Source: Spirochaetia bacterium (GTDB taxonomy: Bacteria; Spirochaetota; Spirochaetia; UBA9216). Taken from it: a stretch of DNA of 64,000 nucleotides. The stretch is taken from the NCBI GenBank assembly GCA_963677925.2, contig CAXXYH010000004.1, positions 704,001 through 768,000 of the forward strand, in the 5' to 3' direction. The position numbers were made by a program, and so were the translations under genes. Shown piece by piece: positions 18,867-27,416 of this stretch. Under the pieces are notes generated by a model. The model was given only the letters and a program-made list of their open reading frames with translations. It did no database searches and was not told where the DNA came from. Numbering within the stretch: the stretch's first letter is position 1; every line of letters starts with the position of its first letter.

Positions 18867-19091
18867 TTAATGTCCGCCGCACATTCCTGAACCGCAGCAT
18901 CCCTGCTGAAATCCCCCTCCGCATCCGCCGGCACAGTCCGGTTTTACAGAGCCTGTTGAAAATCCGAATGTGCTGAATTTTTTAGTCAGTTCGGTACTCC
19001 CGCAATTTTCGCATTTTATTTCAGTATCAGAGTTCACTAAAAGTTCAAAGTCACAGCCGCATTTGCTGCAATTATATTCATAAATAGGCAT
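18867..19091 (-). CDS. FmdB-family zinc-ribbon protein
   Basis: MPIYEYNCSKCG...CENCGS...KFSTF with a Cys/Gly-rich tail; GGAGAGG RBS. Confidence 0.88.
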   Translation of the reverse strand: MPIYEYNCSKCGCDFELLVNSDTEIKCENCGSTELTKKFSTFGFSTGSVKPDCAGGCGGGFQQGCCGSGMCGGH

Positions 19092-19099
19092 GCCCTCTC

Positions 19100-19417
19100 C
19101 TATAGCCCCAGCTGTTTGCGCCGGTTTGATAATACTGTACCTTCTGCGCATGCAGCCAGATCAAGCACGCAGGGGGCTGTAAGCCGATATTCAACCCTGG
19201 TTCCTGATTTCTCATCATCAACCAGGCCCGCATCTTTAAGCTGTGAAAGATGCTTCGATGCCGCAGATTTGGGTATTCCTGCCTCTTCCGCCAGTTCGCA
19301 TACACACCACGGCTTCTCCTTGAGTTTCTGCAGGAAGTAGATTCTCATCGGATGTGATAATGCTTTAAACATATGTGCCCGCCATTCCGCATGGTCCATT
19401 TCTTCTTTACTGATCAT
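19100..19417 (-). CDS. ArsR/SmtB-family transcriptional repressor
   Basis: FKALSHPMR, CVCELA, SKHLSQLKDAGLV; start uncertain (19417 or 19432). Confidence 0.9.
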   Translation of the reverse strand: MISKEEMDHAEWRAHMFKALSHPMRIYFLQKLKEKPWCVCELAEEAGIPKSAASKHLSQLKDAGLVDDEKSGTRVEYRLTAPCVLDLAACAEGTVLSNRRKQLGL

Positions 19418-19422
19418 ACTAT

Positions 19423-19446
19423 AAGGTTTCAAATTCTGGAAACTTT
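19423..19446. promoter_or_regulatory. Putative ArsR operator 1
   Basis: AAGGTTTC-N8-GAAACTTT inverted repeat in the divergent intergenic region. Confidence 0.6.
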
Positions 19447-19485
19447 GTCAATATGAAGCCTATGGGCTATTGACTTTTTTGCTGC

Positions 19486-19509
19486 AAAGTTTCTTAATAA
19501 GGAAACAAA
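19486..19509. promoter_or_regulatory. Putative ArsR operator 2, overlapping the -10 of the thioredoxin-permease promoter
   Basis: AAAGTTTC-N8-GAAACAAA, same core and spacing as operator 1; TTGACT -35 at 19470-19475. Confidence 0.6.
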
Positions 19510-19536
19510 GAAACTTTTTAACTTTCAGGAGATAAT

Positions 19537-19776
19537 ATGAAATTACAGGTACTTGGAAGCGGCTGTGCAAAATGCAAAATGCTTGAGGCTTCAGTTATAG
19601 AAGCAGTTAAAACCATGGGAGCAGATGCTGAGGTAGTCAAGGTTACTGATATTGATGAAATTCTTGACATGGGTGTAATGATTACTCCGGCGCTTGCGAT
19701 TGACGGAGATGTTAAATCATCCGGAAAGGTTCTTACCCCGGCTGAAGTTCAGGATTTTATAAAAGCGGCTCTTTAG
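19537..19776 (+). CDS. Small thioredoxin-family redox-active disulfide protein (MTH895-like)
   Basis: LGSGCAKC, GVMITPALAIDG, SSGKV. Confidence 0.9.
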   Translation: MKLQVLGSGCAKCKMLEASVIEAVKTMGADAEVVKVTDIDEILDMGVMITPALAIDGDVKSSGKVLTPAEVQDFIKAAL

Positions 19777-19794
19777 GAACAGGAACAAAACAGT

Positions 19795-20985
19795 ATGGCA
19801 AAAAAGGAACTTGGTCCGAATAAACTGCTTATCATAACCGCTGCGGTTTTTCTCGCAGTGTATTTTATACCCTTTGACACTGCCCGTGTATCCGGTGCAA
19901 TTCAGGAAGCCTTTCTGATGCTCAGTGATTACGCAAGGGAGCATGTGCTGCTCTGTCTTGTTCCCGCGATGTTTATTGCAGGCGCAATCACTGTATTTCT
20001 GAACCAGCAGTCGGTTATCAGATTTTTGGGGCCGAAGGCTCCAAAGGCTGTTGCCTACAGTGTGGCTTCTGTCTCCGGTGCGATCCTCGCTGTCTGCTCC
20101 TGTACAGTACTGCCCCTGTTTAAAGGAATATATAAAAAGGGAGCAGGACTTGGTCCGGCGGTAAGCTTTCTGTACTCCGGTCCTGCAATAAATATTCTGG
20201 CAATAGTCATGTCCTACAAGGTTTTCGGATGGCAGATAGGCCTTGCCAGAATGGCCGGGGCTGTACTTTTTGCCGTGATAATAGGCCTTGTTATGCAGTT
20301 TCTATTCAGAAAGGATGAAGAGAAAAGAATGGGTGATGAGCGGATGTTTCAATATCAGGATTCCGGTGAAGAAAGAACTCTTCCCCAGATGATGATCTAC
20401 ATGTTTTCCATGATCGGAATTCTTGTCTTTGTTAACTGGGCTAACTCAAAGGGCGGAAGCAGAATCTGGGATATGATTTATAGCTATAAATATTTTATCA
20501 CTGCAGCCTTTGCTCTTATTCTTGTTTTTTCGCTTGTCCGCTGGTTTTCAAAAATGGAACTGAAAATATGGCTGACTGCTACAAGGGACTTTGCCCTGCA
20601 GATTCTGCCCTATCTATTCTTTGGCGTTCTGGTTGCCGGTTTTCTTTTAGGCAGGCCGGGACATGATGCGCTTATTCCGACCGACTGGGTTGCGTCGCTG
20701 GTCGGAGGCAATTCCGTTTTTTCAAATCTAATCGCATCGGTAGCGGGAGCTTTTATGTATTTTGCGACCCTGACCGAAGTTCCTATTCTTCAGGGGCTGA
20801 TTGGCGCGGGAATGGGGCAGGGCCCGGCACTCGCACTGCTGCTTGCCGGACCGTCTTTATCGCTCCCTTCCATGCTGGTGATCGGCGGTGAGCTCGGTTT
20901 CAAAAAGACTGCCGTTTATGTTCTGCTTGTTGTCATACTTTCAACAGCAGCCGGTTTAATTTTCGGCTCGTTCACTGGTCTATAA
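19795..20985 (+). CDS. ArsP/DUF318-family permease
   Basis: AVCSCTVLP, FLYSGPAIN, MYFATLTEVP, LLAGPSLSLP. Confidence 0.88.
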   Translation: MAKKELGPNKLLIITAAVFLAVYFIPFDTARVSGAIQEAFLMLSDYAREHVLLCLVPAMFIAGAITVFLNQQSVIRFLGPKAPKAVAYSVASVSGAILAVCSCTVLPLFKGIYKKGAGLGPAVSFLYSGPAINILAIVMSYKVFGWQIGLARMAGAVLFAVIIGLVMQFLFRKDEEKRMGDERMFQYQDSGEERTLPQMMIYMFSMIGILVFVNWANSKGGSRIWDMIYSYKYFITAAFALILVFSLVRWFSKMELKIWLTATRDFALQILPYLFFGVLVAGFLLGRPGHDALIPTDWVASLVGGNSVFSNLIASVAGAFMYFATLTEVPILQGLIGAGMGQGPALALLLAGPSLSLPSMLVIGGELGFKKTAVYVLLVVILSTAAGLIFGSFTGL

Positions 20986-21035
20986 TTCGTTTGAATAAGA
21001 GGCTTCCTCTTATTCAGACATAAAAAGCTTGCTTT

Positions 21036-21362
21036 TTATGTCCCCTCACAGCCGCAGCCTACATTTCCTTTCAATATTTCCTTCCAGTCGCCTAATACAT
21101 CATGGGTCCAGCAGTCGTCAGCACCGGCTGCTTCTCTCATGACGAGTGCAAGGATATATGAAAGCTCTTTAACTGTAGCTCCAGCATCCATAGCACCTTT
21201 GAAATGTTTAAGTACACAGGGTTTTGATCTTGCCTTGATTGAAAGGGCAAAGCATATGAACTGGTATGTCTTCTCATCGATGGTTCGTTTCTCCCTGTAA
21301 AGGGCATCCATCTCATCAAGCTGCCCGGCAAACTCCGGGAAAAATTCTTCAAGCATCCGCAT
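21036..21362 (-). CDS. Carboxymuconolactone decarboxylase/AhpD-like protein
   Basis: DEKTYQFICFALS...CVLKHFKGAMDAGATVKE; C-terminal CGC. Confidence 0.8.
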   Translation of the reverse strand: MRMLEEFFPEFAGQLDEMDALYREKRTIDEKTYQFICFALSIKARSKPCVLKHFKGAMDAGATVKELSYILALVMREAAGADDCWTHDVLGDWKEILKGNVGCGCEGT

Positions 21363-21487
21363 TTTATTACTCCTTGACTGATTTTATAATGTATCTATCT
21401 GTTTGGAAACCGGAATTAATAATGTTTGAATTCGGTATCCGGATATCATAAAATTCCTGTAGTTGGATTTTTACGGAGTGTTTGCAG

Positions 21488-22798
21488 ATGAGAAAATTCT
21501 CTTTCAGAGATAACATAATTTTTCAGTATACTGTTGTTTCTTTTTTAACAACCTTGATAATTGCAGTGTTTCTGGTTCTGCTGATGATGGGACGAATACA
21601 GAGTCAGCTTATACGATCACATGGTCAGTTCTACCGTGAATTTATAAGCGCAATCTCTGAAAACTACCGGGAAATACTTCCCGTTTTCAATGGATATGAC
21701 CCTGCCGGAACTGATGATCATGCGGGAACAGAACATGATCATGAGACTGCAGATGTCTGGGATCACTTCCGGCAGGATTTGCGGCAGTATCCTTATATCG
21801 AAAAACTGCTTCTCATCAATAAAATGAATGAAACAGTCTGGGTTTATCCGGAAACTTCCGATTTTGAGAATATTAATTCCGCTGTCAGAATTGGTGATAC
21901 AAATCCGGGCGGTATTAATTATATAATAAATGAGGAATCATCCGACCTTGTTGTGTCTTATTTTCTTCCGGTCAGGGATGGAGAAGAACTTGTTGGAATG
22001 GCCGAGATTAAAATCAGAAATAACAATCTCAGAGACGCTATAAATGAAAGCCGACTTACTTTTGCGGGCTATATCTTTGCCGGCGGAGCAGTATTTTATT
22101 TAAGCGTGTTTCTGCTCTTTCTCCGTCTTTATCTGAAGCAGAAATCCGCACTGGACAGACTTGAAAAAAGCCAGAAACTTACAATTCAGACCATGTCTCT
22201 GCTGGCTGAACTTAAGGATAATGACACAAGTGAGCATGTTCAGAGAACCAGTAAATACTGCCGGGTTCTGGCAGAGGAGCTGGCGCAGAATAGCAGGTAT
22301 CGGAGTTATATAGATGAACATTATATAAAAGATCTGGAACGTTCAGCACCGCTCCATGATATAGGCAAGGTTGGTATACCGGAGAAAATTCTGTTGAAAC
22401 CGGGCAGGCTCACAGATGAAGAATTTTCTGTTATTAAAAAACATCCGCTTCTAGGGGCAAAAGTGCTTAAGGAGGTTATGGACTCTACAGAGTTCCGTTC
22501 ATACTTTGAAATGGCCTACCAGATTGTTCTGAATCATCATGAAAACTGGAACGGTTCAGGATATCCGCAGGGCTTGAGTGGTGAAGATATTTCCCTGTCT
22601 GCAAGAATTATGTCTATTGCTGATGTCTATGATGCTCTGACTACCGAGCGGCCGTATAAGGAAGCTTTTTCGCATGAAAAGGCAGTCGAAATTATTCTGG
22701 GAGACAGCGGCCGTAAATTTGATCCTGCTCTTATTGACTGCTTTATCAGAGTAAATGATGAGTTTAAACGGATTTCGGAGGCAAAGTTTATTTTCTGA
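21488..22798 (+). CDS. Membrane-bound HD-GYP phosphodiesterase
   Basis: Two TMs around a periplasmic domain; LHDIGK, HHENWNGSGYP, ADVYDAL. Confidence 0.9.
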   Translation: MRKFSFRDNIIFQYTVVSFLTTLIIAVFLVLLMMGRIQSQLIRSHGQFYREFISAISENYREILPVFNGYDPAGTDDHAGTEHDHETADVWDHFRQDLRQYPYIEKLLLINKMNETVWVYPETSDFENINSAVRIGDTNPGGINYIINEESSDLVVSYFLPVRDGEELVGMAEIKIRNNNLRDAINESRLTFAGYIFAGGAVFYLSVFLLFLRLYLKQKSALDRLEKSQKLTIQTMSLLAELKDNDTSEHVQRTSKYCRVLAEELAQNSRYRSYIDEHYIKDLERSAPLHDIGKVGIPEKILLKPGRLTDEEFSVIKKHPLLGAKVLKEVMDSTEFRSYFEMAYQIVLNHHENWNGSGYPQGLSGEDISLSARIMSIADVYDALTTERPYKEAFSHEKAVEIILGDSGRKFDPALIDCFIRVNDEFKRISEAKFIF

Positions 22799-22809
22799 TT
22801 ATTCAAATC

Positions 22810-23925
22810 TCAGTAGGTTTTCTCCAGCCAGGCAAGATAACCTGCGCTGATTTTTTCTGCAGTCTCTCCAGTGACCTGTTCGAAGGCTGAATGAAGTACC
22901 GGCTGCAGAATTGATTCCGAATCTTCAGATTTAGCCCGATCGAAGAAATCCTCACCGGCACAGGCTTCAAGTATTTTACGGTGTACATCATCACCCCAGG
23001 TTTCCGCCATATATTTCACTATCAGCGCCGAAATACCGTAAAAACATGATATTTCCTTCTCGTCTGTCATGGAGGCCATGTCAATACTCTCAAGCTTTGC
23101 GATATTCCAGGCTGCATCAGAACGTGAAAGCCTGCCGCTTTTTATAAAATCACCTCCGAACACTGCACCGTTGCCGTAGTGGACAGCAAGACCTTCAGCG
23201 TACCAGCCTGCCAGATAGTTTCTGCTTATTTTCAGTGTAATGTGATGAACAATTTCATGCCTTATTGTTCCCTCATACGGAGGAATTGCGGGATGACCGG
23301 TCCAGATTTTCAGTGACTCATTTGCCTCTCCCCAGGCGGTGAACTGCCGTTCGATTATAGGGTATGTTCGCTGTCTAAGCAGTTCTCTGTCGGTATACAG
23401 CTTCACCGGAAAGTTCTCATCAACACCGGTGCCGAACAGATCCGATAATATTTCATTTGAATTTATAAGGTACCTTTCAAATGACTGCAGGTTATTTTCA
23501 TTCCCCCTGTAAAAGATTCTGAATCCGTCAATATCATGTCTTAAAAAATCCAGATCACAGTCCAGCCATCTGCCGTCCTGATAACGGTAGACAATGTTAT
23601 AGTTAAAGTCAAAGTTTTCACCGGCATATATGTGTTTCTGATTGATGTGCACAATTACAGTTCTGCTGTCAATCTGCTCGACCCCGGTAATATTAAAGGA
23701 CAGGTTTTGAAAATCATTATTGGCCATATACCAGAACCAGGCATAGCTTTCATTGCGGTAGTAGCTGTCTTCGGTGCTCAGCGTGGACATGTATAAATCT
23801 GAATCGGAGGTATTGATTGCTGTAATTTTATCATTCCATGATTCAGTAAGCTTTTCTTCCACCGAAACACAGGAAAAAAATATTGCCGTCAGAAAAACGA
23901 TTACTGTAAAAAATTTCTTTTTCAT
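22810..23925 (-). CDS. Lipoprotein with a zinc metallopeptidase (MA-clan-like) domain
   Basis: Lipobox FFSC; HEIVH plus downstream WYAEGLA. Confidence 0.7.
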   Translation of the reverse strand: MKKKFFTVIVFLTAIFFSCVSVEEKLTESWNDKITAINTSDSDLYMSTLSTEDSYYRNESYAWFWYMANNDFQNLSFNITGVEQIDSRTVIVHINQKHIYAGENFDFNYNIVYRYQDGRWLDCDLDFLRHDIDGFRIFYRGNENNLQSFERYLINSNEILSDLFGTGVDENFPVKLYTDRELLRQRTYPIIERQFTAWGEANESLKIWTGHPAIPPYEGTIRHEIVHHITLKISRNYLAGWYAEGLAVHYGNGAVFGGDFIKSGRLSRSDAAWNIAKLESIDMASMTDEKEISCFYGISALIVKYMAETWGDDVHRKILEACAGEDFFDRAKSEDSESILQPVLHSAFEQVTGETAEKISAGYLAWLEKTY

Positions 23926-23975
23926 AATGGAATTATTATAACATGATATAATCCTTCAAAAGGAGAGTAGTTGTT

Positions 23976-24251
23976 TTGTTCGAGATTAATGAGCTGCTTA
24001 ATATTATCATTGACATCGTAAGTTTTTCGTTTCTGCTTATTGCCGGTTCAAAGGTGAATTTTCAGCGTTTTAAGCTCATTATTCTTGCAGTTATCTTTGT
24101 TGTCCTCAGCCATACCGCGACTGTTGTGGAGGGCTTTTTACTTCCAAATTTTTTTAATGTCCTTGAACACTTATTTTTGTTGTCCGCGATGATAACTCTG
24201 CTCTTCGCTGTCTCAAGAATTGCCTTTAAAGGTGAAAGTTCCGGTGCCTGA
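23976..24251 (+). CDS. Small three-TM membrane protein coupled to the downstream kinase
   Basis: AAGGAG RBS, TTG start; hydrophobic, with SH..TVVE and FNVLEH motifs; stop overlaps the next gene. Confidence 0.7.
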   Translation: MFEINELLNIIIDIVSFSFLLIAGSKVNFQRFKLIILAVIFVVLSHTATVVEGFLLPNFFNVLEHLFLLSAMITLLFAVSRIAFKGESSGA

Positions 24252-25197
24252 TATCATTATAATAATTAATGCAGCAGGAATTCTTGCAGGTTTTGCAGGT
24301 ATTTTTCTGATTATAAAAGCGATATTCAGAAAGCGTTTTGTCTGGCAGAGCGGTATTTTTCTTCTGATTCCTGTCCTTGTTCTCATCTTTGTATTTACGG
24401 CAAATGTTTTTGAATATGAGCAGCTATATATCAATATGGATCAGTATGAGGAGTATCTTGAACTGATGATAATTCCTGCTCTTCTTATTTTTCTGTATTC
24501 GCTTGTTACAGAGGAGGAGCTGAAAGAAAAAGTGAAACGTGAGCAGGAACTTGAAAGAATGGTTAAGGAACGAAATCTGTTCATTCAGGAACTGCAGCAC
24601 CGTATAAAAAATAATCTTCAGCTTATAAGCAGTTTTATTAATCTTCAGATTGGTAATTCTGATGAACGTGAAATTATGGATGCACTGGGAGCGGCAGTTA
24701 ATAGAATTGATTCACTTGGTGTTGTGCAGAATGTACTCTACGACATAGATGATTTTTCAAATATCAGGATAGAGTCATGTTTCGGTGAGGTTATAAGAAA
24801 TCTTGTCGGATATTTTGAAATTGATACCCGAGAGACACTTGTTGAGCTCTCTGATAAGGGTATAACTGCCGCGATGGATGCTGTTGTGTCATGCTGTGTC
24901 ATAATTAATGAACTTGTAAGCAATATCTTCCGGCATGTTAAAAGTCATGTTAAGAGATGTGTCATAAAAATTGATGTAGATCGGAGTTCTGACGGTATGC
25001 TTATCTTCAGGCTTTCCGACAATGGGCCTGGATTAAGTGAGAATATCAGCTTTGGGAAGACTCCGGGCCTTGGCCTTTTAATAGTTGATGTTGTGACTCA
25101 GCAGATAGGCGGAACTGTTGAGATAATCAGGGGCCGCGGGACGGAATTCCGTTTTAAAATCCCTGCAGAAGCAAAAAAAGTTATTGAAAAAAATTAA
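24244..25197 (+). CDS. Sensor histidine kinase (three TMs, HisKA_2)
   Basis: ELQHRIKNNLQ, NELVSNIFRH, SDNGPG, GLGL; probable GTG start at 24244 (the ORF track starts at 24220). Confidence 0.85.
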   Translation: MPDIIIIINAAGILAGFAGIFLIIKAIFRKRFVWQSGIFLLIPVLVLIFVFTANVFEYEQLYINMDQYEEYLELMIIPALLIFLYSLVTEEELKEKVKREQELERMVKERNLFIQELQHRIKNNLQLISSFINLQIGNSDEREIMDALGAAVNRIDSLGVVQNVLYDIDDFSNIRIESCFGEVIRNLVGYFEIDTRETLVELSDKGITAAMDAVVSCCVIINELVSNIFRHVKSHVKRCVIKIDVDRSSDGMLIFRLSDNGPGLSENISFGKTPGLGLLIVDVVTQQIGGTVEIIRGRGTEFRFKIPAEAKKVIEKN

Positions 25198-25250
25198 AAA
25201 GATAAATACCTTATATATGATAAATAATATATTAAATCTGAGGTGTTTAA

Positions 25251-25919
25251 ATGAAAAAATATATTCCTGTGATTTTACTTTTCCTTGTTATCTTTTCATG
25301 TGCCGCTGATGAATCGGCATCCAATACTGAGGCTGACGGTTATATTAAAAACGGTCTGAGATATGTAGAGATTCCTGAAAAAAGCAATCAAATTCAGTTG
25401 AAAGTATACAGGGGGGATTATGTTGTTTTTCAGCCCTCTGAAAGCGATTCCGCTGTACTGAGTATTCCGGACCTGGATATAAGTGAGACTGTTTATAAAT
25501 CATCTGATGACGCAGCCTATATTAAAATGAAAAGCGCCGGTGAGTTTGAATTTACCATCGGGGGTAAAAAGGGCACTGTTACAGTTACAGAATTTGAAGC
25601 TGAAAGCTATAAGGCTGTTTCAGCGGAAGATGCATATAATCTGATTAAGTCGGCAGATCCCGTTATTCTTGATGTGAGAACCCAGGGTGAATACGACAGC
25701 GGGCATCTGGAAGGTGCGGTTCTGATTCCGGTTCAGGTGCTCGAACAGAATATGTCAGTGCTGGAACAGTTTAAAGATGAGAATGTCCTTGTTTACTGTG
25801 CGTCCGGAAACCGAAGTACTGTGGCTTCAAAGCTGCTTCTTGAAGCAGGATTCTCGCGTCTGTATAACATGCGCTACGGTATTAGGGAGTGGCTGCAGAA
25901 GGGCTATCCGGTAGAATAA
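25251..25919 (+). CDS. Rhodanese-domain lipoprotein
   Basis: Lipobox IFSC; LDVRTQGEY, GHLEGA, active-site loop YCASGNRS. Confidence 0.88.
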   Translation: MKKYIPVILLFLVIFSCAADESASNTEADGYIKNGLRYVEIPEKSNQIQLKVYRGDYVVFQPSESDSAVLSIPDLDISETVYKSSDDAAYIKMKSAGEFEFTIGGKKGTVTVTEFEAESYKAVSAEDAYNLIKSADPVILDVRTQGEYDSGHLEGAVLIPVQVLEQNMSVLEQFKDENVLVYCASGNRSTVASKLLLEAGFSRLYNMRYGIREWLQKGYPVE

Positions 25920-25930
25920 TCCATCTGCGC

Positions 25931-27223
25931 TTATTTGCAGGTCATTATATCGAGAATGAGTTTATCAGTTTCAGCCATTCCCTGTGACGCGATCACCGCC
26001 AGGTTTTTAATGGTCTTTTCGATGTCCTTCTCGATTATGCCTTCATACTCGGTTACATAGAGATTATGCACTGCAAGGATAGCTGACTGCATTGCTGCGC
26101 TTACAGAGGTTGATACCTTAAGCGCACAGCCGGCTTTTGCTCCGTCGCAAATCATTCCCGCAATATTGCCAATCATGTTCTTGATGGTGTGCTTGACGCA
26201 GTTGGCATCGCCGCCCATCAGAAAAACTACGCCGGCACTGGCTCCTGTTGCCGCTGAGACAGCTCCGCAGAATGCCGAAAGCCGGTCCATGAAGGTTTTC
26301 AGGTGTATTGCTACCAGATTTCCCATAAGCAGAGCTCTTTCAGTTTTTTCCCTGGAAGCTCCCAGCTTTCCTGCAACCGCGGTAATGGGAACAGAAACTG
26401 TGATTCCCTGATTGCCGCTCCCAGAGTTGCTCATGACAGGCATCATACTTCCGGCCATTCTGGCGTCAGAAGCAGCTGCGGCGCGTGACATTGCATAGGT
26501 GGTTATGTCCTGCTTGATTATGTCTTTGTCGATGCAGTGGACAACGGTCTTTCCCACCTGCAGCCCGTAGCTTCCTTTCAGTCCTTCATCGGCAATTGCA
26601 TCGTTAAGAGCTGCTCCGTCAAAAATAAACTGAACTGCCGGACGGATTTTTTCCAGATCGCAGGCTGATGCGAATTCGAATATTTCTTCCACCGTTGTAA
26701 GTACTTCATCATGGGCTTCGGTGAATTTCTGAAGTTCGGCTGTGTTGTCTAGGATGATGTTTTTATCAGCTGCCATGTAGATAAAATTTGTGTGGTGTCC
26801 GGCAATGATGACAGAGGCCTTGTGTTCTCCGGCAAGTGCGACTGCCTCTATGTACAGCTTTTCAGGTGTATCCTTTTTATGGATTGTTACGAAATCTTTG
26901 AATACAAGCTGCTTTGCCTGCTCAACTATGGGTGCTGAAATACTTTTAAGCACTTCAAGCTCTGCATTTGCATCTCCGCCTATTGCTCCCAGGGCTGCTG
27001 CAATATGAAGTCCGACAGTATCTGTGCCGGGGATCCCGACACCCATTCCGTTTTTGATGATATTACCGCTTGCATAGATATCAATTTTTTCAGGCTTTTT
27101 TTTCAGCAGTTCGGCGGCCTTCGCTGAAGCTAGAGCGACTGCAATTGGTTCGGTGCATCCGAGTGCCGGTTTTACTTCCTTCTGAAGAAGTCCTATAAGT
27201 ATGTCGGTTTTATTGCTGTTCAT
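25931..27223 (-). CDS. L-cysteine desulfidase family protein (YhaM/CdsB, serine dehydratase alpha-like)
   Basis: PALGCTEP, DARMAG, SNSGSGNQG, LSAFCG, GMICDGAKAGCALK. Confidence 0.9.
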   Translation of the reverse strand: MNSNKTDILIGLLQKEVKPALGCTEPIAVALASAKAAELLKKKPEKIDIYASGNIIKNGMGVGIPGTDTVGLHIAAALGAIGGDANAELEVLKSISAPIVEQAKQLVFKDFVTIHKKDTPEKLYIEAVALAGEHKASVIIAGHHTNFIYMAADKNIILDNTAELQKFTEAHDEVLTTVEEIFEFASACDLEKIRPAVQFIFDGAALNDAIADEGLKGSYGLQVGKTVVHCIDKDIIKQDITTYAMSRAAAASDARMAGSMMPVMSNSGSGNQGITVSVPITAVAGKLGASREKTERALLMGNLVAIHLKTFMDRLSAFCGAVSAATGASAGVVFLMGGDANCVKHTIKNMIGNIAGMICDGAKAGCALKVSTSVSAAMQSAILAVHNLYVTEYEGIIEKDIEKTIKNLAVIASQGMAETDKLILDIMTCK

Positions 27224-27284
27224 AAAGGCTTATTCTATATTCAGATTCAGATATTTACAATCTGTGATTTTGTTTCGCAGTAAT

Positions 27285-27319
27285 AAAAAAGGAACATCCG
27301 GACCTCTGCCGGATGTTCC
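27285..27319 (-). terminator. Rho-independent terminator after the binding-protein gene
   Basis: 11-bp stem GGAACATCCGG/CCGGATGTTCC followed by T6 on the minus strand. Confidence 0.8.
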
Positions 27320-27416
27320 AGGTTGATCCATGTGTTATGCAAAACAGATTTTTAAATGTAGATGGAACAGCCGTCAGAGACGGCTGCACCAAATGAAGCG
27401 TTAAGTAGCTTTCTTA

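Noticed and set aside
18867-21362. Possible selenocysteine read-through in the Cys-rich ArsR cluster
   Set aside because: These ORFs end in TAA or TAG and have Cys at the redox positions; no in-frame TGA needs recoding.
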